A DNA stretch of 64,000 bases, from positions 4,408 to 68,407 of the forward strand of contig JAXHUE010000005.1 of NCBI GenBank assembly GCA_034189655.1, read 5' to 3'. This DNA is from Chloroflexota bacterium (lineage in GTDB: Bacteria > Chloroflexota > Dehalococcoidia > E44-bin15). The translations under genes were made by a program, and so were the position numbers. The notes under the pieces were generated by a model. That model ran no database searches and was not told where the DNA came from. It worked only from the letters and a program-made list of their open reading frames with translations. Of the stretch, positions 57,924 to 64,000 are shown piece after piece (position 1 is the first letter of the stretch; every line of letters starts with the position of its first letter).

Positions 57924-60638
57924 ATGACAGTGAGAGAAAGAGCACAGGGGCTGTGGCACAATCGTCACCTGCGGCTTATCGGCCTGGTCACGGTGGTATG
58001 TACCGTGTTCTACTACCTGCCGCCCATAGCTGGCCTCGCCGGGGGGACATCCATGGAAGGGGCGCTGGGCGTGCTGCACGACTTCTACGGGCTGGTCTTC
58101 TTCGTCCCGGTGGTCTACGCAGCGTACGTATTCGGCATCAGGGGGGTCTTCATAACCGCCATACTGTCCATGCTGATCATCCTCCCCTATGCCGCGTTCA
58201 TCTCGCCCTACTCGGACGGCCTGTTAAGGGCCACGGCGCTGGCCATCATCTTGAGCGCCGTGGGCGCCGCCATAGCCATGCTACAGAAGGGAGACGACGA
58301 GCGCCGCAAGAGCGAGCGGGAGCTCAAGTACCTCTGCGACGTGGGAAAGGCAGCGGAGAAGAGCGAGTCCCTGGAGGTGTTCCTGTCCTCGATGATAGAG
58401 CTCGTGTCCAAGGCCGTCGAGCACCCCGGTGATACCAGGGTCAGGATCGAGGTCGATGACAGGGTCGTCGAGAGCACGGGCTTCGAGCGCGAGGCGCTCG
58501 AGTCCGTCGTCACCATACCGCTGCGCTCCAAGGGGACCCTCCACGGCACGCTCACCCTGGGGTGCACCTCCGGGCACAGGCTGAGCCCCCAGGAGATAGA
58601 GCTGCTGAACTCAATCGCCGACCAGATAGCGGTGGGCATCGCCAACTCCGAGCTGTACGAGGAGACGAGGCAGAACGTGGAGTGGCTGGCCGTGGTGGGG
58701 GAGATAGCCAAGGCCATCGCCTCCAGCACAGACATCGACGAGGTCTTCCGCACCGTCACCGACGGGATAGGGAGGCTCGTGGAGTTCGACCAGGCCAGCA
58801 TCCACCTCGTCGATAGGGAGGCCGGCACCATGAGGGTATTGGCCCTCTCCCGTGACATGGAGTCGGGCCTGGGGGAAGGGGTCGTGATGCCTCTGGAGGG
58901 CAGCGGCACGGAGTGGGTCGTCGAGCACATGAGGCCCCGCATCGAAGATGACCTCGCCAGCAAGGAGTGCCCCTTCTCGTCGGACAACCTGCTGCTGGCG
59001 TACGGGTTTGTGTCCCTGGTACAGCTCCCCCTCGTCGCCAAGGGGAGGGCATTCGGCACCTTCAACGTGAGGAGCCGGCGGCCCCATGCCTTTGGCGGGA
59101 AGGAGGCGGAGTTCCTGGAGCGCATCTCAAACCAGCTGGCCATCGCACTGGAGAATGCCGCCCTCATATCGCAGGTCAGGTTGAGCGGGAGACAGATGGC
59201 GGGGGCGGGCGATGGGGCCAGGGTGGCCCAGGACACCGCCGCACAGTCGGAGCAGCTCATGCACTTGAGCGAGGTGGCCGAGGAGGCGGTGCGCGACCTG
59301 AACGATGCCCTCTCCTCCATCGTGAGCAGGGCGAGACAGGCCCTCGAGGATGCCAGGGGCCGCCAGGTCCGGGCGAACCTGGAGGTCATAGAGAAGCGGG
59401 CCTTGAATGGGGCCAACACGGTACGCCGCCTCCAGGACATCGCCGCCGTGGGCCCCGACGTCGCACCCGTGCCGCTCGACGTGGCGCCGGGGGGAAACGG
59501 TGAGCGGGAGAGAGGGGCCGGGACGGGGCACGACGTCGACCCGCTGGTGGGCGCCGGCCTCTTTGCCGAACTGGACCAGGTGTCCCCCTTCTGCGGCGAG
59601 GCCGAGATCAGGGAGGCAGTGATGAACATCCTCCTAAACGCCATGCGTGAGGGCGGGGAGGCGGGCCACGGCAAGGGAGAGAAGCGGGTCAACGATAACG
59701 GGCTTTCGCTGACGGTAAACGCCGTTGCCGTCATCGACCTTGAGGGCGACATGATCTACGTCAACCGCTCGTTCCTCCAGATGTGGGGGTACTACAGCGA
59801 CAAGGATGTGCTGGAGAGGCCGGCGCGTGAGTTCTGGCAGGTCGAGGCGGGGGCAGCGGACATACTGGGGCCCCTCCTGCGGTACGGGAACTGGCAGGGT
59901 GAGCTCAAGGCCCGGAAGAAGGACGGCACCCTGTTCGATGTCCAGATGTGGGCGAGCACCGTGGGCGAGGGCGATAAGCCCATCTGCATCATGGCCTCCT
60001 TCATCGACATCACCGAGCGCATGCGCACAGAGCGCGAGCTCAAAGAGAGCTTCACCAAGCTGCGCCAGACCCTCCAGGAGACGGTGGACACACTCACCCG
60101 GACCATAGAGAAGAGAGACCCCTACACCGCTCGCCACCAGCAGCGGGTGACCCGACTCGCCTGCGCCATCGCGCAGGAGATGGGGCTCTCCCAGCAGCAG
60201 GTCGATACCATCCGCATAGCCGGCATCCTCCACGATATCGGCAAGGTCCACATCCCCACCGAGGTACTGGCCAAGCCTATCTGGCTGAGCGATATCGAGA
60301 AGGCCCTGGTAAAGACCCACCCCCAGATAGGGTACGACATCGTGAGCATGCTGCCCTTCGAGGGGCCCGTGGCCCAGATCATCCTCCAGCACCACGAGAT
60401 GCTCGACGGCAGCGGGTACCCCTCCGGCCTGCACGGGGAGGAGATACTGCTGGAGGCGAGGGTCTTGGCCGTCGCCGACGTCGTCGAGGCCATGTCCTCC
60501 AGCCGCCCCTACCGCTCCGTCATCGGCACCGAGCGGGCCGTGGAGGAGATATCGCAGAAGAGGGGGACGCTCTACGACCCCAGGGCGGTGGACGCCTGCA
60601 TAAAGCTCATACAGGAGCGGGGTTTCAAATTCGACTAA
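57924..60638 (+). CDS. Membrane sensor HD-GYP phosphodiesterase (TM-GAF-GAF-kinase remnant-PAS-HD-GYP)
   Basis: RDPYTARHQQRV, ILHDIGK, HHEMLDGSGYP, RPYR, PAS (YVNRSF...RKKDG...DITER). Confidence 0.9.
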   Translation: MTVRERAQGLWHNRHLRLIGLVTVVCTVFYYLPPIAGLAGGTSMEGALGVLHDFYGLVFFVPVVYAAYVFGIRGVFITAILSMLIILPYAAFISPYSDGLLRATALAIILSAVGAAIAMLQKGDDERRKSERELKYLCDVGKAAEKSESLEVFLSSMIELVSKAVEHPGDTRVRIEVDDRVVESTGFEREALESVVTIPLRSKGTLHGTLTLGCTSGHRLSPQEIELLNSIADQIAVGIANSELYEETRQNVEWLAVVGEIAKAIASSTDIDEVFRTVTDGIGRLVEFDQASIHLVDREAGTMRVLALSRDMESGLGEGVVMPLEGSGTEWVVEHMRPRIEDDLASKECPFSSDNLLLAYGFVSLVQLPLVAKGRAFGTFNVRSRRPHAFGGKEAEFLERISNQLAIALENAALISQVRLSGRQMAGAGDGARVAQDTAAQSEQLMHLSEVAEEAVRDLNDALSSIVSRARQALEDARGRQVRANLEVIEKRALNGANTVRRLQDIAAVGPDVAPVPLDVAPGGNGERERGAGTGHDVDPLVGAGLFAELDQVSPFCGEAEIREAVMNILLNAMREGGEAGHGKGEKRVNDNGLSLTVNAVAVIDLEGDMIYVNRSFLQMWGYYSDKDVLERPAREFWQVEAGAADILGPLLRYGNWQGELKARKKDGTLFDVQMWASTVGEGDKPICIMASFIDITERMRTERELKESFTKLRQTLQETVDTLTRTIEKRDPYTARHQQRVTRLACAIAQEMGLSQQQVDTIRIAGILHDIGKVHIPTEVLAKPIWLSDIEKALVKTHPQIGYDIVSMLPFEGPVAQIILQHHEMLDGSGYPSGLHGEEILLEARVLAVADVVEAMSSSRPYRSVIGTERAVEEISQKRGTLYDPRAVDACIKLIQERGFKFD

Positions 60639-60655
60639 CCGGGAGGGCGGTACAG

Positions 60656-61870
60656 ATGGACGAAAGGGAATGCCTGACAGGCCAGGAGTGGGAGTCACCC
60701 AGTGCCGACCAGGTGATGCAGATCGATGTCCGTCACCTCCTGCACCTGATGGCAGGAAGGGAGGCATCAGACCTCCACATCAGGGCGGGCAGCTCGCCCA
60801 TACTCAGGGTGGACGGGACACTGGTCCCCGCCGCAGACGTGCCGCCGCTCTCCCCGGAGGCGATACACAACGCCTTCGAGCAGATAACGACGGAGGAGCA
60901 GCGCCGGGCGTTCTACGCCAACAGGGAGCTCGACTTCAGCTACAGCGTTCACCGCCTGGCCCGGTTCCGGGTGAACGCCTTCTTCCAGAGGGGCACCGTC
61001 GGCCTCGCCGTCCGCCGCGTGCCCATCCACATCCCCAGCATCGAGGAGCTCGGCCTGCCCCAGGTGTGCAAGACGCTGGCCTTAAACGCAAAGGGGCTGG
61101 TGCTGGTGACCGGACCCGGCGGCTGCGGCAAGTCCACCACGCTTGCCGCCATGATCGACTATATCAACTGCCACCAGACGCGGAACATCATCACCATCGA
61201 GAACCCCATCGAGTTCCTCCACCGCAACCGGTGCTCCGTCATCGCACAGCGTGAGCTGGGAGACGATACCCTCTCTGCGGCGGCGGCCCTGCGTCAGGCC
61301 TTGAGACAGGACCCCGACGTGATAGTGGTGAGCGAGATGTCTGACCTCGATACCGTGGCCACGCTCATCACCGCCGCTGAAAATGGCCACCTGGTGCTGG
61401 GCACGCTCCGCGCCAACGATGTCATCCAGGCCGTGGAGCGCATCGTGGACGCCTTCCCCCCGAGCCAGCAGGGCCGGATAAGGCTGCAGCTCTCTACGGC
61501 GCTGCAGGGCATCGTCGCCCAGATGCTGCTGCCCAGGGCCGAGGGGCAGGGCAGGGTCGTGGCGTGCGAGGTCATGACGGCCAGCGACGAGGTCCGCGCC
61601 CTCATCAGGGAGGGCCGGATATACCACCTGCACAGCTTTATGCAGACGTGCGGTGAGCGCGGGATACAGACCTTCGAGAGCTCGCTGTGGGAGCTCGTGG
61701 TCTCGGGCCAGATAAGCGGTGAGGAGGCGCTGATACGGAGCTCCAGGCCGGATGAGTTCAGGCCGCCCCCCGCGTCGTATCTGGGGACGGCAGCCTCTGG
61801 CCCGCAGTGGCGCCGGGAAGACTGTATGATGCGGTATCCCTCTACCAGAGAGGAGGAAGTGACGATATGA
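60656..61870 (+). CDS. pilT: PilT/PilU-family ATPase with divergent motifs
   Basis: ASDLHI, RFRVNAF, GPGGCGKSTT, ALRQDPDV, VRALIREG. Confidence 0.88.
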   Translation: MDERECLTGQEWESPSADQVMQIDVRHLLHLMAGREASDLHIRAGSSPILRVDGTLVPAADVPPLSPEAIHNAFEQITTEEQRRAFYANRELDFSYSVHRLARFRVNAFFQRGTVGLAVRRVPIHIPSIEELGLPQVCKTLALNAKGLVLVTGPGGCGKSTTLAAMIDYINCHQTRNIITIENPIEFLHRNRCSVIAQRELGDDTLSAAAALRQALRQDPDVIVVSEMSDLDTVATLITAAENGHLVLGTLRANDVIQAVERIVDAFPPSQQGRIRLQLSTALQGIVAQMLLPRAEGQGRVVACEVMTASDEVRALIREGRIYHLHSFMQTCGERGIQTFESSLWELVVSGQISGEEALIRSSRPDEFRPPPASYLGTAASGPQWRREDCMMRYPSTREEEVTI

Positions 61871-63135
61871 ACGTGTTCGGTGAGCTAGTCCTGACCCTCT
61901 CCCGGCTGCTGGACCTCTCTCCCAACGGGTACCTGGGCCACGGCGAGAGGGTGGGGTTCGTCGCCTGGCTTCTGGCGAGCGAGTGCCTCCCGGAGCAGGC
62001 CGAGGAGGTGTTCTATGCCGGCCTCATCCACGATATCGGCGCCCTGCCGGCACCCCACCATATCACCCACTATACCAGCTTCGAGGCCCAGCTCGCGGAG
62101 CCCGTGGTGCGCCGTCACCCCGAGGCGGGGGCACAGCTGGTGAGGCGTCTCCCGTCGAGCCACGGCATCGCCGACCTGGTCCTGGAGCACCACGAGTACT
62201 GGGACGGCACTGGCTACCCCCGCGGCACGCAGGGCGATGAGATCGCGCTGGGGGCCCAGCTCATCCGCATAGCGGACTACTTCGACCTCAGGCTGCGCCA
62301 GCTCGGCCAGCCCACCCGGCCGTCCCTGTCTGCGGTCTTCGACGGCGAGGGGGCCAACCGGCAGTTCACCAGCGAGCTGCAGCACCGCCTGGAAGACATC
62401 CTGGCAGGCGACGAGGCCAAGGAGCAGGTGTGCAGCGATATAAAGCTGGGGACACTGGTGGACCAGCTCGTGGCCACCATGCCCCCGCGCGCCGTGGGGG
62501 CGCCCCCCAACGAGACCCTCTACATGGAGGGGACGTCTCTCCGCGATGGCCGCCGCACCGAGGATGTGCTCTGGCTGTTCGCCGAGATCATCGATTCCCG
62601 GCACACCTACACCGAGGGCCACTCCCAGCGTGTGGCGCGGTACTGCGACGAGGTGTCTTTGGCCATGGGGCTCCTGCCCGAGGTGGTGAGAGACTTCCGC
62701 TGGGCGGCACTCCTCCACGACGCCGGCATGGTGGCCGTGCCCCGGCACGTCCTCGATGCCCCCCGCGGCCTGAGCGAGCAGGAGAGGGGGCTGGTGCGGG
62801 CACACCCCGTCCGTAGCAAGCTGGTGGTGGAGCAGGTGAGCTGCCTGCGCCACCTGGCACCCCTCGTCGCCTATCACCAGGCCTACTACAACGGGGAGGG
62901 GTACCCCGATAACATCGCCGGCGCGGACATCCCGCTGGGCGCCCGCGTCATCGCGGTGTGCGATGCCTTCGACGCCATGACCTCCCCCCGGCCCTACCAG
63001 GGCATGAGGACCGCCGCCGAGGCGGTACGGGTGCTCCAGCAGAACGCGGGCACGCAGTTCGACCCGGCGGTGGTGGAGGTGGCCTCGGCCGTGTTTGCGC
63101 CGCAGGCGGTGACCATCGCCTCTCACTCCGGCTGA
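61867..63135 (+). CDS. Tandem (double) HD-GYP protein
   Basis: LIHDIG...HHEYWDGTGYP, second domain LLHDAG...YHQAYYNGEGYP...RPY. ATG overlaps the pilT stop. Confidence 0.9.
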   Translation: MNVFGELVLTLSRLLDLSPNGYLGHGERVGFVAWLLASECLPEQAEEVFYAGLIHDIGALPAPHHITHYTSFEAQLAEPVVRRHPEAGAQLVRRLPSSHGIADLVLEHHEYWDGTGYPRGTQGDEIALGAQLIRIADYFDLRLRQLGQPTRPSLSAVFDGEGANRQFTSELQHRLEDILAGDEAKEQVCSDIKLGTLVDQLVATMPPRAVGAPPNETLYMEGTSLRDGRRTEDVLWLFAEIIDSRHTYTEGHSQRVARYCDEVSLAMGLLPEVVRDFRWAALLHDAGMVAVPRHVLDAPRGLSEQERGLVRAHPVRSKLVVEQVSCLRHLAPLVAYHQAYYNGEGYPDNIAGADIPLGARVIAVCDAFDAMTSPRPYQGMRTAAEAVRVLQQNAGTQFDPAVVEVASAVFAPQAVTIASHSG

Positions 63136-63175
63136 CCCAGTATACCCCTTTACGCTGCCCGAACCGGGGCACGAA

Positions 63176-63209
63176 GAGGCCCTCTGTGCCGTCTCGGCCA
63201 GAGGGCCTC
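63176..63209. terminator. Hairpin between convergent HD-GYP genes
   Basis: GAGGCCCTCTG-T-GCCG-TCT-CGGC-CAGAGGGCCTC. Confidence 0.55.
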
Positions 63210-63230
63210 CTGAATCTCCCTTGCCAGGCC

Positions 63231-63983
63231 TCACAAGAGGGGTTTGGCGGCGTACCGGGCGCTCCTGTTCATCGCCGTCGGGCTCTTCACCCTCCTCGTG
63301 ATGCGGCGCTGGATGCGGCGATGCACTGTGCCGTTGGAAGGCCTCGCATCGAGGCTTGCCGGGGGGATGTACATGCCGCCCGACGCATCGGGCCTCACCA
63401 GCTTGCCCTCCTGGGCCACTACGTTCAAGAGGGCGCTCACCACTGTAGGGTCGAACTTGGTGCCGGCGTTCTGCTGGAGGTGCTCGAGGGTCTCCTCCAG
63501 GCTCGCCGCCGGGCGGTACGGCCGGTGCGAGGTCATGGCCTCGAAGACATCGGCCACGGCCATGATGCGGGCCTCCAAGATGATGTGCTCACCCCACACA
63601 CCGCGGGGATAGCCACTGCCGTCGAGCCTCTCGTGATGCTGGTAGACCATGGTCTTCACCGGCCACGGGAAGCTGACGTTGTGGAGTATCCTCGCCCCCT
63701 GCTCCACGTGGCCCTTGACCATCTCCCACTCCACGCGGGTGAGCCTCCCCGGCTTGTTGAGGACCTCTCCCGGCACCCCTATCTTGCCCACGTCGTGCAG
63801 CAGGGCGGCTATCTGTAGCCCCTGGATGACAGACTCGGAGAGCCCCATCTCCCTGCCTATGGATGCCACTATGCGTGACACCATGGCAGAGTGGCCCTTG
63901 GAGAAGGGATCCTTGGCCTCCATGGCCGCCACCAGTGCGTAGGTGGTGGAGGCAGCCTGTGACTTCTTTTCTACATGGTCCAC
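63231..63983 (-). CDS. HD-GYP phosphodiesterase (may extend beyond the window end)
   Basis: KDPFSKGHS, LLHDVGKIG, HHERLDGSGYP, HRPYR. AGGAGG precedes GTG 63983, but the frame is open to 64000. Confidence 0.9.
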   Translation of the reverse strand: MDHVEKKSQAASTTYALVAAMEAKDPFSKGHSAMVSRIVASIGREMGLSESVIQGLQIAALLHDVGKIGVPGEVLNKPGRLTRVEWEMVKGHVEQGARILHNVSFPWPVKTMVYQHHERLDGSGYPRGVWGEHIILEARIMAVADVFEAMTSHRPYRPAASLEETLEHLQQNAGTKFDPTVVSALLNVVAQEGKLVRPDASGGMYIPPASLDARPSNGTVHRRIQRRITRRVKSPTAMNRSARYAAKPLL

Positions 63984-64000
63984 GCTACTCGATGCCTCCT

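Overview
High-GC bacterial window, most likely Chloroflexota/Dehalococcoidia. This is an inference from gene content: sigma70-type promoters, Shine-Dalgarno sites, a LuxR HTH, GGDEF/HD-GYP proteins and PilT sit beside archaeal-type modules. From left to right it holds: (1) Usp and DinB-family genes; (2) a complete A/V-type ATPase operon in the order H-I-K-E-C-F-A-B-x-D plus DUF61, whose K subunit has an NtpK-type Na+ motif; (3) a ~16 kb surface-glycosylation cluster with two GT-C/AftD-like membrane proteins, GT2/GT4 enzymes, a flippase and two methyltransferases; (4) a GAF-GGDEF cyclase, secreted surface proteins, and an atypical LuxR regulator preceded by a c-di-GMP-I riboswitch; (5) an archaellum (archaeal flagellum) locus with four archaellins, arlG, arlF, arlJ, an ArlD/E-like gene, arlH and arlI; (6) directly after it, a chemotaxis operon (6xPAS soluble MCP, cheW, A, C, D, Y, B, R), four HD-GYP genes and a degenerate PilT. 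No CheF, FliM/FliG/FliN or prepilin peptidase is recognisable in the window. The strongest candidate for a new system is a 179-aa protein (57353-57892) that starts with a FliM-like CheY-P-binding peptide (LSQSDIDNLV) followed by a coiled coil and a Zn ribbon, and may couple bacterial CheY to the archaeal motor. A conserved promoter module is shared by the cyclase, archaellin and chemoreceptor promoters, suggesting a c-di-GMP/LuxR motility regulon. Many start codons were trimmed from the ORF track using SD sites and gene overlaps. All family calls come from motif recognition, not database searches.
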